NCBI GenBank assembly: GCA_963724295.1
Contig: CAVRUC010000013.1
Coordinates: forward strand, 32,001-96,000
Source: an uncultured Chloroflexia bacterium
GTDB lineage: Bacteria > Chloroflexota > Chloroflexia > Thermomicrobiales > UBA6265
Length of the DNA stretch: 64,000 bases
Reading direction: 5' to 3'
This document shows positions 40,413 to 51,123 of the stretch, piece after piece (position 1 is the stretch's first letter; the number at the start of each line of letters is the position of its first letter). The notes under the pieces are model-generated. The model was given only the letters and a program-made list of their open reading frames with translations, was not told the origin of the DNA and searched no databases. The translations under genes and the position numbers were made by a program.

Positions 40413-42363
40413 GTGACTCAATCCCCCGAAACCGCTCCCTACGGCGCCTGGCGCTCGCCAATCACCGCTGACCTCATTACGGGGAAGCGCGTCGGCGTCG
40501 TAAGCCCCCGTATCGACGGTGACGATGTCTACTGGATCGAGAACCGCCCGGCGGAAGCCGGACGCTCGGTCGTCGTGCGTCGCTCCCCGGACGGGACGAT
40601 CGCTGATGCCATCCCATCCGGATTCAACGCCCGCACCCGCGTCCACGAGTACGGCGGCGGTGCGTACACGGTGCGAGACGGCGTGCTCATCTTCGCGAAC
40701 TTTGCCGACACCCGGCTCTACCGAGTAGACGGCAACGACCCGCCCCGGCCGATCACGCCAGCGGGCGCACTGCGCTACGCCGATGTGATCTTCGATCCGG
40801 ACCGCGCGCGACTCATCGCCGTGCGCGAGGACCACTCCAGCGATGGGGAAGCGGTCAATACCATCGTCGCGCTCGACCCCGCAGGCGACGAGAGCGGCGG
40901 TATGGTCCTCACCTCCGGCGCCGACTTTTATTCCAATCCACGTCTCAGCCCCGACGGTCGGCGGCTGGCCTGGCTGCAATGGAACCATCCCAACATGCCA
41001 TGGGACGGCTCCGAGCTGTGGGTCGGTGAGATCGGCGAGGACGGAATGGTCACTTCCTCCGAGCTGATCGCCGGCGGTCCTCAGGAATCCATCTTCCAGC
41101 CGGAATGGGCTCCCGACTGCACGCTCTATTTCGTCTCCGATCGCACCTGCTGGTGGAACCTCTATCGTCGTAGCGGTGACGGCGACGAGGCCGTGGCGCC
41201 GATGGAAGCGGAGTTCGGAATCGCCACAGTGGGTCTTTGGCATGGCGACCTACGCCTTTCTCGACCCACGAACGATCCTGGCCACGTACACCCGAGAGGG
41301 CACATGGCAGCTGGCAACGATCGACACCGAATCAGGTCGGCTCACCTTCGTCGAGAATCCGTTCACCGAGATCGACGAGCCGTTCGCGGCCGGCGGCTCT
41401 GCCGTCCTGGTCGCGGGGAGCCCCACCTTGCCGACGGCGGTGGTGCGCTACGACCCGGCCAGCGGAACACTCGAGACGCTCAAGCGCTCGCTCGAGACCG
41501 ATATCGACGCCGGCTATCTGTCGATACCGATGCCGGTCGAGTTTCCAACGGAGAACAGCCTCACGGCGCACGGCTTTCTTTACCTACCGCGGAACATGGA
41601 CTTCGTCGCTCCGGAAGGCGAACTGCCGCCGCTGCTGGTCCAGAGTCATGGTGGACCCACCAGTGCCACGTCGACCGCGCTCAGCCTGCCGCTCCAGTTC
41701 TGGACGTCCCGCGGATTTGCTGTCCTCGACGTCAACTACGGTGGCAGCACCGGCTATGGGCGCCCCTATCGGCAGCGACTGACTGACGCGTGGGGCATCG
41801 TCGACGTCGACGATCACGTCAACGGCGCCAGGTACTTGATCGAGCGCGGTCTGGTCGACCCGGAGCGCACCGCGATTCGCGGCTGGAGCGCCAGTGGCTA
41901 CACGACGCTCGCCACTCTGGCGTTCCGCGATCTCTTCCGCGCCGGCGCCAGCCACTTCGGCATCAGCGATCTGGAGACGATGACGACCGACACCCACAAG
42001 TTCGAGTCGCGCTACCTCGACGGTCTGATCGGGCCCTATCCCGATCGGAAGGACATCTACATGGATCGCTCGCCGATCCATCACCTGGAGGGCTTCACCG
42101 AGCCCCTGATCCTCTTTCAGGGAAGCGAAGACACCGTAGTGCCGCCCGATCAGGCCGAGACGATGTACGAGGCCATGGCGGCCCGCGGTCTACCGGTGGC
42201 GCTGGTGGTCTTTGCCGGCGAGGGCCATGGGTTCCGCCGCGCTGAAAATATCCGCCGCGCCCTTGAAGGGGAACTCGATTTCTACGGGCAGGTCTTCGGC
42301 TTCACCCCGCACGGCGAGATCGAGCCGGTGACGGTGGCGAATCTCGCCAAGGTGTCGGGGTGA
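40413..42363 (+). CDS. S9 family (prolyl oligopeptidase / acylaminoacyl) peptidase; frameshift near 41220
   Basis: APYG.W.SPIT, RVHEYGGG, WNHPNMPWD; C-part HGGPT, VNYGGSTGYGR, G.SA.GY, THKFESRY, FQG..D, EGHGFR. Confidence 0.92.
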
Positions 42364-42460
42364 TTACTCGCTGCGCTCGTGGTCGCAGGGTGGCGGGGCG
42401 TCAGGGGTCGCGCTTCCTGCCACCCAGCGACCCCGCCACCCTCGTTTTACCCTGACACCC
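42351..42460. repeat. Inverted G-rich/C-rich 8-mer arrays with no gene inside, between the S9 and BKACE genes
   Basis: ggtgtcggggtga...ggtcgcag ggtggcgg ggcgtcag gggtcgcg / cctgccac ccagcgac cccgccac cc...cctgacaccc. Confidence 0.75.
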
Positions 42461-42476
42461 TCGTAAGGAGTGAGCT

Positions 42477-43412
42477 ATGGCCACGGCGGCCCGTAAGGTC
42501 ATCGTCACCTGCGCGATCACCGGGTCGATCCACGTCCCGTCCCAGACGCCGTATCTGCCGATCACGCCAGACCAGATCGCCGAGAACGCCATCGGCGCGG
42601 CCCGGGAAGGGGCCGCTATCCTGCATCTGCACGCGCGCGACCCCGAGACCGGTCAGCCAACTCCTGACCCGGAGGTCTTCCTGCGTTTCCTACCCCGCAT
42701 CAAGGAGAGCACCGACGCCGTCATCAACATCACCACCGGCGGCGCGCAGACCATGACGATCGACGAGCGACTGGCCGGACCGCAGCGGATGAAGCCGGAG
42801 ATGTGCTCGCTCAACATGGGGTCGATGAATTTCGGTCTCTATCCCATGGCCAGCCGCATCAAGGAGTTCAAGTACGACTGGGAGCCGGGGTATCTCGAGA
42901 TGTCGCGAGGACACATCTTCCGCAATACCTTCGCCGACATCGAGCGCCTGCTGGAGACGATGGGCGCGCACGGCACCCGCTTCGAGTTCGAGTGCTACGA
43001 CGTGGGCCACCTCTATAACCTCGCGCACTTCCTCGATCGTGGCCTCGTGCAGCCACCGGTCTTCGTGCAGACCATCTTCGGCATACTCGGCGGCATCGGC
43101 ACCGATCCCGAGGATCTGCTGCACATGAAGCGGACGGCCGATCGCCTGCTGGGAAACAACTACATCTGGAGCATCCTCGGTGCGGGTCGTCACCAGTTCA
43201 ACCTGATCACCATGGGCGCCATCATGGGCGGCAACGTTCGCACCGGTATGGAGGACAACATCTATCTCGGCAAAGGCGAGCTGGCCCAATCCAACGCCGA
43301 TCTGGTCGCGAAGACGGTGCGCATCCTGCGCGAGCTCTCCCTGGAACCAGCCACGCCCGGCGAGGCGCGCACCATGCTCGGCCTCAAGGGAGTGGAGAAC
43401 GTGGGGTTTTGA
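42477..43412 (+). CDS. Beta-keto acid cleavage enzyme (BKACE/Kce, DUF849)
   Basis: IVTCAITG, LP.TP.QIA, GAAILHLHARD, TTGG, PE.CSLNMGSMNF, E.E.YD.GH, R.G.ED. Confidence 0.93.
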   Translation: MATAARKVIVTCAITGSIHVPSQTPYLPITPDQIAENAIGAAREGAAILHLHARDPETGQPTPDPEVFLRFLPRIKESTDAVINITTGGAQTMTIDERLAGPQRMKPEMCSLNMGSMNFGLYPMASRIKEFKYDWEPGYLEMSRGHIFRNTFADIERLLETMGAHGTRFEFECYDVGHLYNLAHFLDRGLVQPPVFVQTIFGILGGIGTDPEDLLHMKRTADRLLGNNYIWSILGAGRHQFNLITMGAIMGGNVRTGMEDNIYLGKGELAQSNADLVAKTVRILRELSLEPATPGEARTMLGLKGVENVGF

Positions 43413-43479
43413 GGGAAGGGACGGATCTGGGATCAGCCGGTGGTCGCCGACGCTTCATGCATGTCGTCAGGGTTGGTTT

Positions 43480-44058
43480 ATGTCGGTTGTTGATCAGATG
43501 ACCGCTGATACCAAGCGCGACGTCCAACGCCAACTCTCCGAACTGCTCGGTCGCGTGATCGACTGGCTCAAGTTCGCGGAAGCGAAGAACACCGGCTCCG
43601 TCGGCTTGTCCTCCACCGGACTCGGTGTGATCGTCACCTTCCTGGTGGCGGGACCGTCGATTTCGACCCCGACGGGGGTAGGTCTTGGGATCGCCGCCCT
43701 CGCCTTGATGGTCAGCCTTCTACTGACCGTCGCCTCGTTCTTCCCCTCGACGAACCTGGAGAAACACCTCGTCAGCGAGCGCGAAAGGCCCACAACTCGG
43801 GACAACCTCCTCTACTACGGGCATCTGGCCCGCTATGAGCCGAGAGCCCTGGTCGAAGCAATCGCCGAGATGTATTTCGAGCAGGAGGGCGAGACGTATG
43901 TACCGAGCAAGCTCGACATCGATCTCGCGGCGCAGATCGTCACCAACGCCCGAATCACCGTCCGCAAGCTCGCGCTCTTTAGGTACTCGTTGCTCCTGTT
44001 CGGGTTCGGCGTGCTGGTCGCCTCCGCGTCCATCGCTCTAGCGTCGTTCCTGGTCTGA
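43480..44058 (+). CDS. Pycsar-type transmembrane effector (PycTM/DUF5706), no cyclase nearby
   Basis: W.KFAEAKN, two TM helices, P, NLLYYGH.A, DLA.QI..NA.I..RK, third TM. Confidence 0.8.
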   Translation: MSVVDQMTADTKRDVQRQLSELLGRVIDWLKFAEAKNTGSVGLSSTGLGVIVTFLVAGPSISTPTGVGLGIAALALMVSLLLTVASFFPSTNLEKHLVSERERPTTRDNLLYYGHLARYEPRALVEAIAEMYFEQEGETYVPSKLDIDLAAQIVTNARITVRKLALFRYSLLLFGFGVLVASASIALASFLV

Positions 44059-44267
44059 TCCGCGCTCTCGGTCAGGCGCCGTGAAGCTGGAACTTGGGCT
44101 ACGCGGACTCCTTCGGTAACATCGTATAGAAGTTAACGTCTCGATAATGATCGGAAGTTGAAGACGAATCGCTCGATGTCGCTGCGCGCTCGTCGGCTAT
44201 TGGCGCTGCATGGACGTAGGACTTACCGAGTGGGCCGATCCCGAGAGATGATCTGCTGGATCTCGGC

Positions 44268-45152
44268 TCAGCGCCGCGGGGACACCAGCACCTCTACGAT
44301 CGCCCCTGTCCACTCCGGGCCGCCAGCCAGCTGCTGGTGAGACGATCGTGGCAGCGTTGCGATTCGTGCCCGAGGCAGGAGCGCGACGAGGGTCTCGACC
44401 GTGGCGCGCTCCAGGGCGGCGGCGTCATCCTTGACGAGCAGCCCGACTGGCATGTCGAGGCGAGTGAGCCCGTCAGGGTCGATCGGAGCGCTCACCATGC
44501 CTGCCAGCAGCGGCGCCAGGTTCCCGGCCGAGCGGCGGATGGCGCCGAGGCGCGGTTTCGAGAAGCGTTCTCGCCAGTCCGGGCCGATGCGCGCGCCCAG
44601 GAAGAGGTCGAGAGCGCGGTCCGCCTGACCCTTTTCGGCCAGGACCGCGGCCTCTTGCATCATCTCGAGGTGGTCCGACCCGATCTGGCGAGCCGACATC
44701 TCTGCCGTTGCTGCGACCAGCGCCGGCAGATAGGGCGCGGCAAGCACGAGCGAAACGACCCGCTCTGGAGCCGCTGCCGCCAGGGCTAGCGCGGTCTCCG
44801 CGGCCCAGCCGATCGCAACCACGTGCGCGCTTGGCAACCCTTCCGCATCGAGCACAGCAAGTGCGTCAGCTGCCAGCGCACTGGAGGGATACGCGCGCCC
44901 GGAAAGCATCGGCGATGCGCCATGACCCCGCGCGTCAGGGAGTGTCAGGCGAAACAGGGCATCATGTGGCGGTTCGGCGAGGGAGCGCAGCTGACCACGA
45001 TCGGCGAGGAGATCGTGCAACGCCAGCACCGGCGTCGCGGTTCCTTCACCACGCGACTCGTAGCTCAAGCGGTGGTCGCCGCGCGTCGCGAATCGCGTAA
45101 TTCCCGGTCCTCCGGTCGGTTGTGGCGTAAAGGAACCTCGTTCCAGGATCAC
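44268..45152 (-). CDS. Alpha/beta hydrolase-fold protein lacking the canonical nucleophile
   Basis: P.L.LH, PD.RGHG.S, LA.D..A.LD, PERV.SLVL; AIGWA occupies the GxSxG position. Confidence 0.75.
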   Translation of the reverse strand: MILERGSFTPQPTGGPGITRFATRGDHRLSYESRGEGTATPVLALHDLLADRGQLRSLAEPPHDALFRLTLPDARGHGASPMLSGRAYPSSALAADALAVLDAEGLPSAHVVAIGWAAETALALAAAAPERVVSLVLAAPYLPALVAATAEMSARQIGSDHLEMMQEAAVLAEKGQADRALDLFLGARIGPDWRERFSKPRLGAIRRSAGNLAPLLAGMVSAPIDPDGLTRLDMPVGLLVKDDAAALERATVETLVALLPRARIATLPRSSHQQLAGGPEWTGAIVEVLVSPRR

Positions 45153-46450
45153 GGAGAAACCGGCTCACTCGCCAATGGCGGCGAGTCGACGGCTGGCCGG
45201 CGAGACTCCCGGCGACCCGCGAGGCGATCCCACGCCAAGTCCCAGACCGTGCCGGCGACGAGACCGCCGCACACCGCCGTCGCGGTCAGCACCGGCAAGA
45301 GGTAGCGCGAGAAATCGGCGCGCATGCCGACGACGATCAGCGCAACCTGCCCTCCGAGCAGCAACGCGGCCATCGCCCAGCGACTGCCAAGTCCACGTTG
45401 GATGGCCAGCGCCAGCAAGATGAGCGCGCCGATGATGGCCAGCACCAGATCGAGCTCCATCGGCTTCCAGGAGACGCCAAAGGCGCTGGCAATGACCGCG
45501 ACCAGCTGACCGGTGACGGAGTCGATGTCGCCGAGCCAGTTTCCGATCCGTCCCAGCGCGTCGACCGGCCCATCGACGTTGAGCTCGCTCCAGAGGACGC
45601 CCTGGTTGTACATCTCGATGGCCCGGAACTCGAGCAGCGATCGGGTGCGGCCAACGGGGTCTGGCCAGAGATAGGGATATGAGGCAATGAACGTAGCGGC
45701 CGCGAGCGGGGGTTGTACGAGGAGCCGCCAGCCAAGCCTGCCGTCGTGTCTGGCTCCAGCCCCTGAGCCGCGCCAGCTGTGAATGACCAGGACCATCCCC
45801 GCCGCTGCCGGCACAATCGCGAGCGCCAGCGGGCTGAGCTTGGCCGACCCGCCAAGACCGAGCAGCACGCCGAGCAAGATGGCGCGCGGCCAGGTCGGAC
45901 GATTCGCCAGCGCCATCGCCACCAGCACTGCCAGCGCCACGAGGAGCGTCACCAGCGCGTCTGATCCGGCGAGGCTGGACAGATAGATCGACAACGGATG
46001 CGGCACCAGGAGCGCGGCGGCCGCAATGCCGGCGACGGCGTTCGAGAGACCGCGCGCGATCAGGTAGACACTGACGGCGATGAGGGCGCCTACCACGCTG
46101 TTGGTCCGTCGCGCGGCCGCCAGATCGACCTCGTTGGGCATGGTGCCGTGCCGCCAGTTCCAGTCCGGACCGAAGTGGAAGTTGTAAAACCCGTTGGTGT
46201 CGAGATCACGGCCCTGCAAGGTCAATCCGAGACCCATCAGATACGATCCCAGGGGAGGCTGCCCAATCATCAGCTCGCTCTCTTGCCAGAACTCACCGGT
46301 GGGGGTGCGGAGCTCTTCGAGGAAGCGCGCGCGATGCACCCAGCGCGCCTCGTCACGGTGGAACTCCGTCATCGGCACCGCGCTGAGATTGACCCAGAGA
46401 GCAACGAGGAAAACCAATGGGGCGAGCAGGGCGTCCCAGCGCGAGAACAT
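45149..46450 (-). CDS. Lipid-carrier-dependent GT-C glycosyltransferase (PMT/ArnT-like)
   Basis: N-terminal TM then DE..W, QPPLG, AAR, K in TM loop, RYLLP; many TM helices. Confidence 0.75.
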   Translation of the reverse strand: MFSRWDALLAPLVFLVALWVNLSAVPMTEFHRDEARWVHRARFLEELRTPTGEFWQESELMIGQPPLGSYLMGLGLTLQGRDLDTNGFYNFHFGPDWNWRHGTMPNEVDLAAARRTNSVVGALIAVSVYLIARGLSNAVAGIAAAALLVPHPLSIYLSSLAGSDALVTLLVALAVLVAMALANRPTWPRAILLGVLLGLGGSAKLSPLALAIVPAAAGMVLVIHSWRGSGAGARHDGRLGWRLLVQPPLAAATFIASYPYLWPDPVGRTRSLLEFRAIEMYNQGVLWSELNVDGPVDALGRIGNWLGDIDSVTGQLVAVIASAFGVSWKPMELDLVLAIIGALILLALAIQRGLGSRWAMAALLLGGQVALIVVGMRADFSRYLLPVLTATAVCGGLVAGTVWDLAWDRLAGRRESRRPAVDSPPLASEPVSP

Positions 46451-46459
46451 GGCCCGCTC

Positions 46460-47792
46460 CTACGGGGTCACCGCGTCGAGCGCGTCGAAGAATCCGGGGA
46501 ACGTCTTGGCCACGCATCCAGGATCGCGCAGGCGGATGCCGGGGACCCGCAGCGCGGCTACCGCAAAGCTCATCGCCATGCGGTGATCGTCATAGGTGTC
46601 GACGTCTGCCGGCTGGAAGGGGACGAGGTGTGATCCGCATGCCGTCCGGAAACTCGTCGACGTCCTGCCCCAGCCGGCGCAGCTCGGTCGCCACCGCCGA
46701 GACCCGGTCGGTCTCTTTCAGCCGCGCGTGAGCGATACCGCGAATGGTCGTCGGACCGGAGGCGAGCGGCGCGATGGCAGCAAGAGTCTGGGCAGTGTCC
46801 GAAATCGGCCCCAGGTCCAGATCGACGCCGCGCAGGTCTCCCTGCGCCGGTCCGCGCACCTCGGTGTATCCGTCTCCGATCTCCACCTCCGCGCCCATCT
46901 TCGCCAGCACGTCGACGAAGTGGAGGTCACCCTGGGTCGAGTCGCGACCGAGTCCGTCGACGCGCACGCGACCGCCGGTCACCGCCGCCGCGGCGAAGAA
47001 GTAGGAGGCGTTCGAGGCGTCCGGTTCGACATGGTACAGACGGCCCGCATAGCGCTGTCCGGGAGCAACCCCGATCTGCCGCCAGGTAACCGTGTCGAGA
47101 TCCGCGGTCACGCCGAATGCCTTCATCACCGCGGCGGTCATCGGCAGGTATGGCTTGGAGACGAGATCGCCGATGACCTCGACCGCGACCCCGTCCCGCG
47201 CATACGGCGCGGATAACAGCAGGGCGCTGAAGTACTGGGACGAGAGATCTCCAGCCATCCGCGTCTGACCACCGCGCAACCCGGCCGCGTGGACGACAAC
47301 CGGCGGGCAGCCGGTGCCGGCTTCGCTACGCGCATCCGCTCCCAGATCGTTGAGCGCGGCAATCAGTGGCGCGATCGGACGCAGCCGCATGCGGGGCACG
47401 CCATCGATCCGGTAGCGTCCCCGTCCGAGCGGGAGGGCGGCGGTGAGAAAGCGCATCGTGGTGCCGGAGTTGCCGACAAAGAGATCAGCCTCCGGCGCTG
47501 TGAATGTGCCTCCGCCACCTTCGATGCGAAAACCCGCATTCGCCTCATCGCTCTCGACCGTCACGCCGAGCGCGTTCAACGCCGCGGCCATGTACCGCGT
47601 ATCGTCGCTGTGCAGCGCCCCGACGAGCTCGCTGGGGCCATCGGCCAGCGCCGCCGCGATCAACGCGCGGTTGGTGATGCTCTTCGAGCCAGGCAGGGTC
47701 ACCGTCGCGTCAAGCGGACGAGCTGCCTGACGCGGCGCTAATGCCGGCGGATAGCCACGATCAATCGTTGTGGAAATAGCGCGGCCTCCCAT
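46460..47792 (-). CDS. aroA: 3-phosphoshikimate 1-carboxyvinyltransferase; frameshift near 46618
   Basis: LPGSKSITNR, GNSGTT.RF, R..RP, SSQY.S, SKPY..MT, DAS.A.YF, KETDR; the C-terminal TYDDHRMAMSF...CV.KTFP.FF is in another frame and ends at TAG 46460. Confidence 0.95.
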
Positions 47793-48024
47793 CGCGGCGA
47801 ATCAATGGAGCTGTCAGCTGGCAAGGGTACCAGCAATGTTCCGCCCCGCCTCGGAACGTCCGGCCAGCGAGATCGTTCGTACTAGAAGGGAGCGGTTCGA
47901 TGCCACCACATCGTCCCTGGGACCGGTGCGCGCGAAACCCGCCGCTATACTCGGGCGAGCCGGTACGCGCCTTTCCGGGCGGCGACGGGCTCGAACTCCG
48001 TAGGTCACGAGGTCATCGCCGCGC

Positions 48025-49046
48025 ATGGAACCACGACCGCCCCGGCCGCGATCATCGCAGCCATTCGAGACGCCGGGATCGCCAGATACGGCAGGGATCG
48101 GCGAGCGTCTTTATCCCGCGCCCGGCGACCCGGCATATTATGCCGGTGCCGAGACCTACGCCCCCGGAGTTCACGCCGCCCCCCCACTCCTGCCACGGCA
48201 ACAGCGCCGCCAACGGCGAGCTCTGCGCGGCGTCGCCGTCGCCGTAGTGCTGATCGCGGCCGTCGCGGCCATGGGTTGGATCTTCCGCGACGCCGTGCGT
48301 GGACTGATCGTCCCTCCGGCGCCCACTCCGGCCGCCGAGGCTCTCGTTACCGCGCCCGGGAACGCCGACTGCTGCTCCGGAATCGGCCGCACTGCCGAAC
48401 GCCCTGGCAACCGTGACCCCAACTGCCGAGCCCGGACCGACGGCCACCCGGGAGCCGGAGCAAGAGTCGCCTGCGCTTGCCGTCGACGCAACGGCGCCGG
48501 CCGAACCTGACCGCGATATCTCGGCCCAGACGCTGCCTCTCCTCGAGCTGCTTCCCACGCAAGATCAGGTGCCGGCCGGCCTGCTTCTGGTCGACGAGGC
48601 GGAACGCAGCAAAGAGGAGGTCATCACGGCCTTGGGAGGGACCGAGGAGGCCGCGCAGCTGCTCGACGATTGGGGATGGTCCGGCAACGCCTTCCGTGAC
48701 TTCATCGCTGACGAAGACGCGCCGCCGCCGAGCGGGACGACGTTCCTCAACGTCAGCGTCCATCGCTTTGCCGACCCCGAGTCGGCTGCCAACGCCATGG
48801 TCTTCTTCTCCGACCAGGTCATCTTCGTGCAGGGTCTGGAGGAAGTCGAGCCGCCGGCCATCGGCGAGAGTGCGCGCTTGCTGACGCGGTGCGCCCGACG
48901 GCGTTCCGCTCACCGTTCTCTACGCTCAGGCGGGACCGATCATGTACCGCGTCGGCGGATCGACGGAAAGCCCCGAAGGCGACCCTACGGCCGATGTCCT
49001 CGCCGTTGCCGGAGAGATCATCGCGGGCCAGGGCGGCGGAGACTGA
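48025..49046 (+). CDS. Single-pass membrane protein with Pro/Thr/Ala-rich linker and extracellular domain; frameshifts near 48360 and 48888
   Basis: RRQRR + TM, PTP-rich stretch, LLP....P.G, VSVHRF....A, IGE..R; three frames join if two single bases are removed. Confidence 0.6.
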
Positions 49047-49048
49047 TC

Positions 49049-49294
49049 ATGCTCAACCGGGAAAACGCAATCGGCCTGGTCCTGCTGCTCCTTTGTGGGG
49101 TCGTCGCCCTGGTCCTCATCGTCAGCATCGTCACCGGAACGCGCTTCCGTTTCGAGGGTCCATCGTGGGTGGGGACCGTGCTGGTCATCCTGTTCTTCGC
49201 GGGCACGATCTACGGATTCCTGATCCGTCCCGGACGCCGCTGGTCATGGCCCTGGAGCAAGGACAAGGACCAGGATCGACTGGACGGCCCCTAG
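49049..49294 (+). CDS. Small two-TM membrane protein (81 aa)
   Basis: ATG with GGAG RBS; two hydrophobic helices. Confidence 0.65.
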   Translation: MLNRENAIGLVLLLLCGVVALVLIVSIVTGTRFRFEGPSWVGTVLVILFFAGTIYGFLIRPGRRWSWPWSKDKDQDRLDGP

Positions 49295-49398
49295 GCAGGC
49301 GCGCGCTGGAAGCCGTCACCGCCGGGTGATCTATACTTTTGCCAGCCGCGTGACGCGGCGCCCCGCTCGGCATTCGCATTACGACCGGGCATAGGGGC

Positions 49399-51123
49399 AT
49401 GATCGAGCCACTCTTGACGACCACTTCTGCACATTCCGCACAGCCATCCGCCGCCTGGCCGTTTCACTCGGCCGCGCCGGGTGTCACGCTGCTGCGCGAG
49501 GAATCGACCCAGCATCCGTTTGCGCTGGCTGTTGCCGCGGCCTGGAGCTGCTATGGCGGCCGGCCGGCAAAGGTCGAGACCGTGCGCAAGCTCGTGTACG
49601 GACCGGAGCCGGAGGGGCTGAGTCCTGTCAAAGCGGCCGATCGGGCGCACCGCCGCGAGCGGGCGATGAAGCTCTACGCCGACCTCTTTGCCGCCGGGCA
49701 CCACACGACGCTGCAACACGCCAACTTCGTCTTCGTCCTCGACAACGTCTCCCGTCTCGCCATCTGGTCGTTCTTCCACGCCCACCCGTTCTACAACTCG
49801 GAGCAGGTCTCGCAGCGCTACCGCGAGGTCACCGGTGAGACGATGGTTACCCCGGAGCTCCCCCCTGCCGAGCTGGAGATCTACAGTGGCGCGATTCAGC
49901 GCGCTCTGGAGGGGTACCGCAACCTGACCGATCTCCTGGCGCCCGATATGGCGCGGCGTTACGCGGGCGTTTTCCCAGGGCGCGCCAGGGCCAAGGGAGC
50001 GGTGGCCGAGCGCCGCTTCGCCGACGCGGTGCAGAAGCGCGCTCAGGAGGTCGCCCGCTATGTCCTGCCCCTGGCCACACCGGCGCACCTCTATCACACG
50101 ATCAACGGGCTCACCCTGCTCCGCTACCACGTCCTCGCCAGCCAGCCGGATGTCCCTTCCGAAGTCCGCGCCATTGTCGATCGCATGCTCGCCGAGGTAC
50201 TCGCGGTCGATCCCTACTTCCTCGGGGCGCCGGGCTTCCCGCTCGATTTGCGGCTGCTCGATACCGGGGAGGCACTCGAGGCGCAGGCGCTCGACGAGTG
50301 GCGGGGGGCGCTGTCCCAACCGGAAATGGAGACCGCCGCGGCTCGCGACGCCTTCGACGAAGCGCTGGGACCCTACGATAGCCGTCTGATCGGTTATGAC
50401 GCCGACGCTGAGCGAGTGATGGCCGCGGCCGTGCGCGCCGTCCTTGCCGCCACTCCAGAGGCGCTTCCGGACGACGACGCGCTCGCCCAGGTGCTGGATC
50501 CCACACGGAACCCATACCTGGGGCACCCCCTCTTCCTCGGCATGCAGTCCAAGCTGATGCAGACCCTGTCCCACGTGCCGTTCACCTGGGCGAAGCGGAT
50601 CAGCATGGCCGAGGATGCCCAGAACCAGCGCCACCGCGGTACCGCCGGATCACGTCCAGCCCTGCTGGCATGGAACAGCCGTGAACCCGATGTCATCGTG
50701 CCCTGGGCCATTCGCCAAAACCAGCAGGCGCTCGAGGAATACGATGCGGTGATCCTCGCTCTGACAGAGGCACGCAACAGCCTCCTCGACCGCGGCGTGC
50801 CGCCGGAAACGACGTTCTATCTGATCCCCAATGCACAACGGATCCGCTTCTACGAGAGCGGCACGCTCCTCGACTACTACTGGAAGTGGGTCAAGCGGCT
50901 CTGCTACGACGCGCAACGGGAGATCTTCGAGACGGCAGTTGACGAGGTCGCCCAGGTACGGGAGGTTCTACCCACGATCGGACGTTATGTCGATGGCCCG
51001 CCCTGCGTGATGCGCTCTCGCGCCGGGACGGCGCCAATCTGCCCCGAGGGCGAGCGCTTCTGCGGCATCCCCGTCTGGCGCGACTACCAGTTCGAGGAGC
51101 TCGAACCACGACGCGTGATGTGA
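49399..51123 (+). CDS. thyX: Tandem-domain FAD-dependent thymidylate synthase (ThyX)-like protein
   Basis: GH.T..QH..F.F....VSR, SQRY, E.ARYVLP; second domain QRHR, L.PNA, RLC..AQ.EI, C...CPEG..FCG. Confidence 0.75.
   Translation: MIEPLLTTTSAHSAQPSAAWPFHSAAPGVTLLREESTQHPFALAVAAAWSCYGGRPAKVETVRKLVYGPEPEGLSPVKAADRAHRRERAMKLYADLFAAGHHTTLQHANFVFVLDNVSRLAIWSFFHAHPFYNSEQVSQRYREVTGETMVTPELPPAELEIYSGAIQRALEGYRNLTDLLAPDMARRYAGVFPGRARAKGAVAERRFADAVQKRAQEVARYVLPLATPAHLYHTINGLTLLRYHVLASQPDVPSEVRAIVDRMLAEVLAVDPYFLGAPGFPLDLRLLDTGEALEAQALDEWRGALSQPEMETAAARDAFDEALGPYDSRLIGYDADAERVMAAAVRAVLAATPEALPDDDALAQVLDPTRNPYLGHPLFLGMQSKLMQTLSHVPFTWAKRISMAEDAQNQRHRGTAGSRPALLAWNSREPDVIVPWAIRQNQQALEEYDAVILALTEARNSLLDRGVPPETTFYLIPNAQRIRFYESGTLLDYYWKWVKRLCYDAQREIFETAVDEVAQVREVLPTIGRYVDGPPCVMRSRAGTAPICPEGERFCGIPVWRDYQFEELEPRRVM

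Noticed and set aside
48413..49294. 293-aa ORF joining an extracellular domain to two TM helices
   Set aside because: Artefact of the frameshift near 48888. The upstream gene ends at 49046 and a separate small gene starts at 49049 with its own RBS.
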